In this document: positions 1 to 7,460 of the stretch, one piece after another
How the letters are laid out: each line of letters opens with the position of its first letter
How positions within the stretch are numbered: position 1 is the first letter of the stretch
Assembly: GCA_965371755.1 (NCBI GenBank)
Contig: CBDUZQ010000001.1
Location: 1 to 26,698, forward strand
From: an uncultured bacterium
Lineage (GTDB): Bacteria; Zixibacteria; MSB-5A5; GN15; FEB-12
Length of the DNA stretch: 26,698 bases
Direction of reading: 5' to 3'
Notes under the pieces: model-generated
The model's input: only the letters and a program-made list of their open reading frames with translations
Databases searched by the model: none
Told to the model about the DNA's origin: nothing
Position numbers and translations under genes: made by a program

Positions 1-2286
1 TACGGTTTGGGTGCTGACGGCACCGTGGGCGCCAACAAGAACTCGATCAAAATCATCGGCGAGAACACCGATAATTTCGCCCAGGGATACTTCGTTTATG
101 ACTCCAAGAAGGCGGGCGCCATCACGGTCTCGCACGTGCGTTTCGGTAAGGAACTTATCCGCAAACCGTACCTGATCACGTCTTCACAGTTTGTCGCTTG
201 TCACAACTTCTCGTTCCTTGAGAAATACGACATGCTCTCTAAGCTCATCGAGGGCGGAACTTTCCTGTTGAACGCACCATTCGGACCGGATAAGATCTGG
301 GATCAGATGCCGATGGAGGTGCAACAGCAGATCATCGACAAGAAGGCTCAGTTTTATGTGATCGACGCTATCGCGCTGGCCAAGGAGCTTGGTCTCGGGG
401 CGCGGATCAACATGATTATGCAGACAGCCTTCTTCTTGATCTCCGACATTCTGCCCAAGGACGAAGCCGTCAAGGCGATCAAGGATGCAATTCTCAAGAC
501 CTATGGCAGCAAGGGTGAGAAAGTCGTCAACATGAACTATTCCGCTGTTGACGGAGCGATGGGCGCGTTGCACAAAGTCGCCTATCCCGACAAAGTGACC
601 AGCACGAAAAAGATGCCTCCGATCGTGCCGGAGTTTGCGCCGGAGTTTGTGCAGAATGTCACCGCCGAAATCATCGCCGGTCGCGGCGAGCAATTGCCGG
701 TCTCCGCTTTTCCCGTAGATGGCACCTATCCAACCGGCACGACCCAGTATGAGAAACGCAACATCGCCGTCGAGATTCCAGTATGGGAGACTGAGGCATG
801 TATCCAATGCAATATCTGTTCGATCGTCTGCCCGCATGCGGCCATTCGTCCCAAGCTGTTTGAGAAGGAACACCTGGCTAAGGCGCCGGCGGAATTCAAG
901 TCGATGGAGGCGTTGAAACCGCACAAAGGGCTGTACTACGCGCTTCAGGTGGCGCCTGAGGACTGTACCGGGTGCGAGATGTGTGTCCATGCCTGTCCGG
1001 CTTACGTGAAGGACGAGAACAAGAAGAAGACTGACCGCAAAGCGATCAATATGGCGCCCCAGGCGCCGTTGCGTAAAGTCGAGGCAAAGAACTGGGACTT
1101 CTTTGTCAATCAACTGCCCGAAACCGATCCGGCGCTGTTCAAAATCGCGACCACCAAGGGTTCACAGTTCGTCAAGCCGCTCTTTGAGTTCTCCGGCGCC
1201 TGCGCCGGATGCGGCGAGACACCTTATGTCAAACTGATGACGCAACTGTTCGGTGATCGCGCCATCTGCGGCAACGCCACCGGTTGCAGTTCCATCTATG
1301 GCGGTAACCTCCCGACCACGCCGTACACGGTGCGCGCCGACGGCCGCGGCCCGGCCTGGTCGAACTCGCTGTTCGAGGACTGCGCCGAGTTTGCTATGGG
1401 GATGCGGCTCACCGCCGACCGTCTCAAAGAGTACGCTCAGGAACTGGTGAAGGAACTCGTTCCGGAGATGTACGACGACTTGTCAACGGCCGACCAGTCG
1501 ACGCAGGAAGGAATCGAGTCGCAACGCGGACGGGTCGCGGCGCTGATGGACAAGCTGAACGGTATGCCCGCAAGTGATCGTGTCACGGCGCTCAAGAACG
1601 TAGCCAACTTCCTGGTCAACAAGTCGATCTGGGGCATTGGTGGCGACGGTTGGGCCTACGATATCGGCTTCGGCGGAGTTGACCACGTCATGGCCTCCGG
1701 CAAGAACGTCAACCTGTTGGTCCTTGATACCGAAGTTTACTCCAACACCGGCGGGCAGATGTCGAAGGCGACGCCGCGCGGTTCGACGGCCAAGTTTGCC
1801 GCCGCCGGCAAGCCGCTGGCCAAGAAAGATATGGGGTTGATGTTGATGTCGTACGGGTCTGTCTACGTGGCCCAGATTGCTATCGGCGCCAGTCATAACC
1901 AGACGGTCAAGGCGTTTGCTGAAGCCGAGGCATACGATGGTCCCTCGTGCATCCTTGCCTACAGTCACTGTATCGCTCATGGCATCAACATGGCGCTGGG
2001 TCTGGAGGCCGAGGATCGCGCTGTCAAGTCCGGTCACTGGTTGTTGTACCGCTACAATCCGGATCGTATCGCTGAAGGTAAGAACCCGCTGCAGCTCGAC
2101 AGCAAGAAACCGTCGATACCATTCGAGGAATACTCTTACGCTGAGAACCGCTTCCGCACATTGAAGGCGCAGAATCCGGAACGGGCGCGGATGCTTCTCA
2201 AACTCGGCCAGCAGGATGTCGACCGTCGCTGGAACCTGTACTCGCAACTAGCTGCGATGGACTGGTCCGCAGCGAAGGTTGAATAG
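1..2286 (+). CDS. nifJ: Pyruvate:ferredoxin (flavodoxin) oxidoreductase, 5'-truncated
   Basis: Frame is open from base 1 (YGLGADGTVGANKNSIKIIG). Two ferredoxin motifs (CIQCNICSIVCP, CTGCEMCVHACP), FEFSGACAGCGETPY, TPP-binding GGDGWAYDIG and LDTEVYSNTGGQ. Confidence 0.97.
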   Translation, partial: YGLGADGTVGANKNSIKIIGENTDNFAQGYFVYDSKKAGAITVSHVRFGKELIRKPYLITSSQFVACHNFSFLEKYDMLSKLIEGGTFLLNAPFGPDKIWDQMPMEVQQQIIDKKAQFYVIDAIALAKELGLGARINMIMQTAFFLISDILPKDEAVKAIKDAILKTYGSKGEKVVNMNYSAVDGAMGALHKVAYPDKVTSTKKMPPIVPEFAPEFVQNVTAEIIAGRGEQLPVSAFPVDGTYPTGTTQYEKRNIAVEIPVWETEACIQCNICSIVCPHAAIRPKLFEKEHLAKAPAEFKSMEALKPHKGLYYALQVAPEDCTGCEMCVHACPAYVKDENKKKTDRKAINMAPQAPLRKVEAKNWDFFVNQLPETDPALFKIATTKGSQFVKPLFEFSGACAGCGETPYVKLMTQLFGDRAICGNATGCSSIYGGNLPTTPYTVRADGRGPAWSNSLFEDCAEFAMGMRLTADRLKEYAQELVKELVPEMYDDLSTADQSTQEGIESQRGRVAALMDKLNGMPASDRVTALKNVANFLVNKSIWGIGGDGWAYDIGFGGVDHVMASGKNVNLLVLDTEVYSNTGGQMSKATPRGSTAKFAAAGKPLAKKDMGLMLMSYGSVYVAQIAIGASHNQTVKAFAEAEAYDGPSCILAYSHCIAHGINMALGLEAEDRAVKSGHWLLYRYNPDRIAEGKNPLQLDSKKPSIPFEEYSYAENRFRTLKAQNPERARMLLKLGQQDVDRRWNLYSQLAAMDWSAAKVE

Positions 2287-2315
2287 CGGTCGCTGCTACA
2301 ATTTATGAATATAAT

Positions 2316-2350
2316 AAGCGGGTCGCCTGAAGGCGGCCCGCTTTTGTATT
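2316..2350 (+). terminator. Intrinsic terminator after PFOR
   Basis: aagcgggtcgcc-tgaa-ggcggcccgctt, a 12-bp stem with one U.G pair, followed by ttgtatt. Confidence 0.8.
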
Positions 2351-2387
2351 GTGTGTCGTGGTGGGCAACACCGGGCAAGGGTTAGGC

Positions 2388-2416
2388 TTGTGCGCCCGAC
2401 GCTTAATAGCTATAAT
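2388..2416 (+). promoter_or_regulatory. Putative sigma70 promoter of xrtH
   Basis: TTGTGC-17 bp-TATAAT. Confidence 0.6.
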
Positions 2417-2520
2417 AACAGCACGCAGGCGTATGCGACGCCGGAGCAGTACCGACGGCGCATTGGGAAGTACGGACAGAAGTGTGCAGAACAGGCGTTG
2501 GAAATGAGAGGAAGACGTCC

Positions 2521-3054
2521 TTGTCGATAACAAACCGTTTGAACTTGAACAAGCCGGTCCTGAAAACGCTGGTGCGTCTGTATCTTTCGTTCGCGGCCGT
2601 GCTGGCGTTGTTTATTGGAGGCTTTAACGTTAAGTGGGTCCATCTGCATGTAGTGGCCCCGTTCACGGGCCTGGTGGCCGGTGCGGCAAGTCTCCTGATG
2701 AACCTGTTCGGCGCTGGATCTCATGTCTCAGAGAACATCTTGTCGACATCGAGTTACAGCATCAGTATCGTTGACGGCTGCAACGGCATCTATGCCACAG
2801 CGATTCTCATCTCCGGCGTGGTCGCCTACCCGTCCAGCGTCAAGGAGAAGGGTCTCGGCATTCTACTCGGGATCACAGCCGTTTTCGCAATGAACCTTGT
2901 CCGGGTAATCAGCCTGTTCTACCTTGGTCAGCATTATCCGGGCATTTTTACCGAGGCTCATGTTTATGTTTGGCAGCCGGTCATCATCCTCTGGGCGATC
3001 TTCGTCTGGGACTACTGGTCACGGCAAGTCCATGACACAAGAGAAGCGAAGTAG
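2521..3054 (+). CDS. xrtH: Exosortase H (IPTL-CTERM-specific exosortase family)
   Basis: Multi-TM protein with the exosortase triad: Cys in VDGCNG (codon 2779-2781), Arg in MNLVRV, His in AHVYVWQ. An IPTLxxWG substrate lies next door. Start placed at TTG 2521 behind gagagga; the track start at 2482 is the alternative. Confidence 0.88.
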   Translation: MSITNRLNLNKPVLKTLVRLYLSFAAVLALFIGGFNVKWVHLHVVAPFTGLVAGAASLLMNLFGAGSHVSENILSTSSYSISIVDGCNGIYATAILISGVVAYPSSVKEKGLGILLGITAVFAMNLVRVISLFYLGQHYPGIFTEAHVYVWQPVIILWAIFVWDYWSRQVHDTREAK

Positions 3055-3622
3055 ATGGTTGTTTCTCGGTCGCTTTGCGATATACTTTGTTGTCGCTTTC
3101 GTGGTCTGGGTAGTTACTACGCCGGTGATGGCCGAACTGTTCGCCTTTGGCTGCGAGAAGCTTCTGTTCTTGCTTGACAGTTATGATTTAACACAGTCAG
3201 TGGTGGCGTCCGGCCGTACAATCGGGCTGATTTACTCACCGTCCCCCGATGGCGAGCCGTTGCTGATGAATTACCGCAATATATCCTACAGCACGCCGTT
3301 TCTCGTGGCGTTGATAATGGCGGTGCCGAGTGTTAATCCGAGAGTCAGAGCGAGGATCCTCCTAATTGGATTGCTACTGCTCATACCTTTCCAGGTGTTC
3401 AGGCTGGTGATCTTCGTGTTCCACTACTACAGCCAATACATGACAATAGGTGACCATGCGCTCTACTCGGCGTTCTGGCGTCAAGTACTGCTGTATGCCG
3501 ACAGAGTTCTGGGTCGAACCGATGGTACACTAGTCCCGTTGGCGATTTGGGCCGGGCTCTATTTCTACTATAAATGGCATTACAAGTTCATCAAGAGATC
3601 AGCCAAGCCTGTCGCACGGTGA
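3032..3622 (+). CDS. Exosortase H-associated membrane protein (exosortase-like, catalytic Cys absent)
   Basis: ATG 3032 (MTQEKRSRWLFLGRF) overlaps the xrtH 3' end by 23 bp. Several TM segments. YRNISYSTPFLVALIMAVP...FQVFRLV aligns by eye with XrtH DGCNGIYATAILISGVVAYP...MNLVRVI. Confidence 0.7.
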   Translation: MTQEKRSRWLFLGRFAIYFVVAFVVWVVTTPVMAELFAFGCEKLLFLLDSYDLTQSVVASGRTIGLIYSPSPDGEPLLMNYRNISYSTPFLVALIMAVPSVNPRVRARILLIGLLLLIPFQVFRLVIFVFHYYSQYMTIGDHALYSAFWRQVLLYADRVLGRTDGTLVPLAIWAGLYFYYKWHYKFIKRSAKPVAR

Positions 3623-3643
3623 CATACCGCCGGCAACAGCCGG

Positions 3644-3677
3644 AAAAAAAACGAGGGACCGCTGTTAGCGATCCCTC
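3644..3677 (-). terminator. Intrinsic terminator of the IPTL-CTERM gene
   Basis: Minus strand gagggatcgct-aac-agcggtccctc (11-bp stem), then g and T8. Confidence 0.85.
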
Positions 3678-3712
3678 ATTATTGCCGATATGGCTTGCGC
3701 AGCAGTCTGTGC

Positions 3713-3958
3713 CTACATCTGTATGTCGGCCGGCCTCCGCCTGCGTACAATAACCCATGCCATCCAGCCAACAAGCAAGACACTGAAGATAATCAGTCCC
3801 CATTCGCCGAGCGTCGGGATCGTGTCCGGCGAGGCAGCCTTAGCCTGCGGGTTGTCAGGTTTGGTTGGGGTCTCAGCAGCGGCGAAAGCGCTGGTTGCCA
3901 ACATCGCAACCATGAACAGTACTGCCATCACACTCATGATGCTAGATCTGTGGAACAT
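3713..3958 (-). CDS. Minimal IPTL-CTERM sorting-domain protein (81 aa)
   Basis: RBS GAGGAGG 5 nt before ATG 3958. Signal peptide ending SAFA, about 20-aa Ala/Pro/Thr/Ser/Lys linker, IPTLGEWG, TM helix, RRRR, and its own terminator. Confidence 0.92.
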   Translation of the reverse strand: MFHRSSIMSVMAVLFMVAMLATSAFAAAETPTKPDNPQAKAASPDTIPTLGEWGLIIFSVLLVGWMAWVIVRRRRPADIQM

Positions 3959-3984
3959 CAAAACCTCCTCATTCTACATGTTGT

Positions 3985-4013
3985 GTTATAGGAGCCTGTA
4001 GCAAAATCGTCAA
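3985..4013 (-). promoter_or_regulatory. Proximal sigma70 promoter of the IPTL-CTERM gene
   Basis: Minus strand TTGACG-17 bp-TATAAC, just upstream of the RBS. Confidence 0.7.
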
Positions 4014-4233
4014 ATTGGGTACAATATTTGGTGGTGCCGGCAGTAAGACAGTCGCTCGGGTAATAACCTGCCGTCAATGTCTCAACCCGACACCGGACGA
4101 CGGTTCTAACCCCCTTTACAGTCCACTCAAGTGCCTGTTTCATCGCAATCAGAACCCTAATATCGTCGCACACATTTGTACTCGGCTTCAGGAGCCAGCG
4201 AGATGTCTGTCGATGGTGCACTAAACTTATCTA

Positions 4234-4262
4234 AATATAGTCTCAGAATTCCCCGATGTCAA
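4234..4262 (-). promoter_or_regulatory. Distal sigma70 promoter facing the IPTL-CTERM gene
   Basis: Minus strand TTGACA-17 bp-TATATT. Confidence 0.65.
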
Positions 4263-4348
4263 CCCCAAAATCCCCACAACTTGTTGACTCTACTGCTACC
4301 GCCGCACGGCGGCGTACGCCGCGCACGAGAGAAGAAGCGATTCATCGC

Positions 4349-5101
4349 CTACTTCCGTGCCACGACGGCCAGTCGCTGCGCCTTGTGATCGTACGGTGAG
4401 CCGTCGATGCCGCCATAAGCCTTGGCGGTTTTGAATCCGCAGTCCAACAGCAGCGTCGTCAGTTCCGCGGCGGAGAATGGCCGGTGCTCGAAATGAAACT
4501 CCTTGCGCTCGGTGCCCTTCAGGATGATCCATCGGTTTTCCATCCAACCCCATTCGTGACTGACTTTGCGCTCCTCCAGAACGATGGTCCCATCCTCCGT
4601 TTCGTGCCAGTCGCGTTCCTGGAATATGCGCGCTAGAATTTCTTTGCCGATCGTTTCCATAACCAGCACGCCACCCGGCTTCAGAGACTCGTACAGATTG
4701 GTTACTGACCTGCGGTCATCTTTGGGGTCCTCGAAGTAGCCGAACGATGTGAAAAGATTGATGGCCACATCGAACGTCGCAGGGCGACAGAACTTCCGCA
4801 TATCCTCCCGGACAAACTCGATATCGAGGTCTTCAGATTCTGCCAGGGCCGCTGCTTTCTGCAAGTATCGTTCGGTCCGATCAACGGCCGTAACTCGATA
4901 GCCACGGCGGGCCAGCTCATGCGAGTGACGTCCCACGCCACAACTCATATCAAGGACATGCATATCGGATTTCAGTCCAAGCAGAGTCTCTATCTTGCTG
5001 ATCTCATCAACCGCGTCTTCGACTCGCTTCGGAGTGAACATCAGCGACTCGGTCTCACTCCAGAAATCGTCTTGTTCGTGCCAGGGCCGGTCGTTCGTCA
5101 T
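4349..5101 (-). CDS. Class I SAM-dependent methyltransferase
   Basis: Motif I VLDMSCGVGRH, VTAVD, FVREDMR, FDVAINLFTSFGYF, LKPGGVLV. Confidence 0.92.
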   Translation of the reverse strand: MTNDRPWHEQDDFWSETESLMFTPKRVEDAVDEISKIETLLGLKSDMHVLDMSCGVGRHSHELARRGYRVTAVDRTERYLQKAAALAESEDLDIEFVREDMRKFCRPATFDVAINLFTSFGYFEDPKDDRRSVTNLYESLKPGGVLVMETIGKEILARIFQERDWHETEDGTIVLEERKVSHEWGWMENRWIILKGTERKEFHFEHRPFSAAELTTLLLDCGFKTAKAYGGIDGSPYDHKAQRLAVVARK

Positions 5102-5111
5102 GACGTCACCT

Positions 5112-5891
5112 CTATTGCACGTTCCTCGTCGGACGATTGGGATCGATGTTATCGTAGTACAGTTCTACGCCCAGGTCGTCCATGAGTTGTTCAAATCCTT
5201 CGAATACGGCGGTGACTGTATCCTCCAGCCGGCTGAGGTTTCGATAGTCGCCCTCGATCATAATGGCAGCAAACTCATCGAAGCCGTCTGGATTCATGGG
5301 AAACTGTTTGGCCTGAGTAACAAAGCGGGAGAATGTCACGTACGGCGTTTGGTTCAGGAACGACAGCACCACCAGCATGTGCATAAACGTGTCGAAGGTT
5401 ACCAGGCCGATGTTCTCAAGGTTGTCGTCCTCGATAGCGTTAAGCAGTTTGGTCGTGCTCTCCTGCAGTTCGTAGAAGCGCTCAGCGGCATGCTTGAGGC
5501 AGTTTTCCTTGACCCGTTTGGCCTGGTAGGTACCGATATTGCGGACGTATTCCTTGTTGATAATGGGCAGCAAAACATCGGAACCGGAGAGATACCAATC
5601 CGCATTCACATCAATTGTTCGCTGCAAGTATTTCTCGCGCGTTGTCCAAAGCAGTTCCACCAGCATGCCGTCGCGAATCTTAGCCATGCCGCTGACCATC
5701 TCGCCTTTGGGTTTTTTTTTCAGGAAGGCAATCAACTCGAGATCGGAGTAAGGACCATCCTCACCACGAGCATAGGAACCCTGGGCTGCAAGTCCAAGCA
5801 GGTTGTCGCCGAATTTCTTCCTGACAAGGGGGATCATCTCCTCTACCGCCCTCGTTCGATCCTCATGTGTGTGTGCTTTTATGCCTTTCAT
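5112..5891 (-). CDS. Kanamycin nucleotidyltransferase / ANT(4')-I-like protein
   Basis: GSYARGEDGPYSDLE matches the KNTase GS..R..DGPYSD.E motif. ELQESTTKLLN matches ELFEYAGKWRN as I recall the staphylococcal enzyme. C-terminal P.GFD helix bundle. Start placed at ATG 5891 (MKGIK). Confidence 0.8.
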   Translation of the reverse strand: MKGIKAHTHEDRTRAVEEMIPLVRKKFGDNLLGLAAQGSYARGEDGPYSDLELIAFLKKKPKGEMVSGMAKIRDGMLVELLWTTREKYLQRTIDVNADWYLSGSDVLLPIINKEYVRNIGTYQAKRVKENCLKHAAERFYELQESTTKLLNAIEDDNLENIGLVTFDTFMHMLVVLSFLNQTPYVTFSRFVTQAKQFPMNPDGFDEFAAIMIEGDYRNLSRLEDTVTAVFEGFEQLMDDLGVELYYDNIDPNRPTRNVQ

Positions 5892-5919
5892 AATGCATCC
5901 TAACCTGCGATTCTTAGAC

Positions 5920-6564
5920 TCATAGTTGACTGACTCCCGCTGCACGTATGACCCATGAAACCGGCGTGTATTGATGACAGTCCAGAGTCATGCCTAACCG
6001 ACTGAACTCTGCGCGCAGTTCATCGAGGCGTGAGAACGGTTCCTCATCCAGCCAATCGTATTTCTGCAAGGCTTCCTGCTCCGCCCGTGCGTCCTCAAAT
6101 ATCAGATCACCGATAGCGATCACGCCCCCGGGTTTGAGAACACGCGCCATCTCACGCACGGCCTCCGGTTTCGTTTCGTGCTCCACATGATGAAATGCGT
6201 AAGTACTGACTACGGCGTCGAAGGTGTCGTCGGGGTAGCCGGTCGACAAGAACGGCCGAGCCGACTGGATCAACTGGAGGTTGGCGTTTTCGTCGACCTT
6301 CTCGCGTGCTTTCACCAGCATTCCTGCCGAGGGATCCAGCCCGATCACATCAGCGCCACGTGCAACACAACGCAAGGCCAGGTTGGCTGTGCCGACGCCG
6401 ATGTCAAGAACCCGCATGCCCGGTTGAACTCGCGCCGCCTCTACGACCGCATCCAGTACTTCCTCATAGCGACCAAAACAGCCGTCGTCGGACGCGATGC
6501 TGTCGTCATAGTTCTCGGCCCATTTGTCAAACGAGCATTCATGTCGGTCTACATGGTCACTCAC
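5920..6564 (-). CDS. Class I SAM-dependent methyltransferase (UbiE/YrrT-like)
   Basis: FDKWAENYD, VLDIGVGTANL, GLDPSAGML, FDAVVSTYAFHH, LKPGGVIAIGD. RBS ggaggg upstream. Confidence 0.9.
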   Translation of the reverse strand: MSDHVDRHECSFDKWAENYDDSIASDDGCFGRYEEVLDAVVEAARVQPGMRVLDIGVGTANLALRCVARGADVIGLDPSAGMLVKAREKVDENANLQLIQSARPFLSTGYPDDTFDAVVSTYAFHHVEHETKPEAVREMARVLKPGGVIAIGDLIFEDARAEQEALQKYDWLDEEPFSRLDELRAEFSRLGMTLDCHQYTPVSWVIRAAGVSQL

Positions 6565-6623
6565 AAACAGGAACCCTCCGGCTTAAACAGCGAGGTAAGA
6601 AATGGTGGTCGGTGTCTGAACCG

Positions 6624-7301
6624 CTACACCTCCAGGGTGTCGCCCGGCTTTAGTATGACCACCTCAGAACCGGTTACTTTGGCCGCGAAATCCTCCGGCT
6701 TGCTGTCGATAACCGGCCAGGTTCCATAGTGGAACGGGACTACTTTCTTCGCCTGAAGGAACTCCGCTGCTTTGACAGCGTCGTCGACACCCATAGTAAA
6801 ATTGTCGCCGATCGGCAGGAAAGCCAGATCGATCTTGTGCAAATCACCGATCAGCTTCATGTCGTAGAAAAGCCCGGTATCTCCGGGATGATAGATAACC
6901 TTGCCGCCGATAGTCACCAGGAATCCGACCGGCGGACCGGTGTAGCGCGAAGCATCCTCACCATACCCACCGCCGTGATGAGCGATAGTCAACTTGACGC
7001 TGCCGAAATCGAAATCAAATCTTCCACCGATGTGCATCGGATGGATGTTGCATCCCTCCTTGGCGCACATATTGGCCAACTCGAAATTGGCGATCACGGT
7101 CGCGCCGGTACGTTTGGCGATAGCGATACCGTCGCCGACATGGTCGCCGTGGCCGTGCGTGATCAGCACGTAGTTAACATCGATCTCGTCCGCCTTCACC
7201 GAGGCCTGCGGGTTGTCGGTCAGAAACGGATCTATTATCAGCTTGTGCTCGCCTTCCGTGATTGTAACGCAGGAATGGCCGAGAAATCTAACTTGAGGCA
7301 T
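6624..7301 (-). CDS. Metal-dependent hydrolase, metallo-beta-lactamase fold (UPF0173-like)
   Basis: FLGHS, IIDPFL, THGHGDH, YHPGDT, LPIGDNFTMG, PFHYGTW. RBS ggagga before ATG 7301. Confidence 0.92.
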   Translation of the reverse strand: MPQVRFLGHSCVTITEGEHKLIIDPFLTDNPQASVKADEIDVNYVLITHGHGDHVGDGIAIAKRTGATVIANFELANMCAKEGCNIHPMHIGGRFDFDFGSVKLTIAHHGGGYGEDASRYTGPPVGFLVTIGGKVIYHPGDTGLFYDMKLIGDLHKIDLAFLPIGDNFTMGVDDAVKAAEFLQAKKVVPFHYGTWPVIDSKPEDFAAKVTGSEVVILKPGDTLEV

Positions 7302-7460
7302 TGTTGGTTCCTCCAAATTGTACACCGTGTTGTATCTTCCGTTTCGTCAAGAAAACCTGCCCAGACTCATTTGTCAACGATTCACTGGCTGATGATCTCA
7401 GCCTGCGATGATTGCCGCTGCGAGTCTCGGTGCAAAGGCGCTCCCCGCGTTTTCGCGAGG

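Noticed and set aside
184-2247. Long antisense ORFs 184-1113 and 1483-2247
   Set aside because: Shadows of PFOR codon bias on the opposite strand, with no motifs or RBS.
3958-4221. 87-aa ORF whose stop overlaps the IPTL-CTERM start, considered as a frameshifted N-terminal cargo
   Set aside because: No RBS or signal peptide, it contains the proximal promoter, and the downstream gene has its own RBS and complete signal peptide.
3960-4300. Sigma54 promoter or c-di-GMP riboswitch upstream of the sorted protein
   Set aside because: No TGGCAC-N5-TTGC and no GEMM core (GGCAAACC...GGGACGCAAAG) on the minus strand.
4309-4322. Perfect 14-bp palindrome gcggcgtacgccgc
   Set aside because: Single GC-rich copy with no U-tract or promoter overlap; cannot be distinguished from chance.
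4995-5903. 302-aa + strand ORF
   Set aside because: Antisense to the motif-bearing KNTase gene, with no recognisable features.
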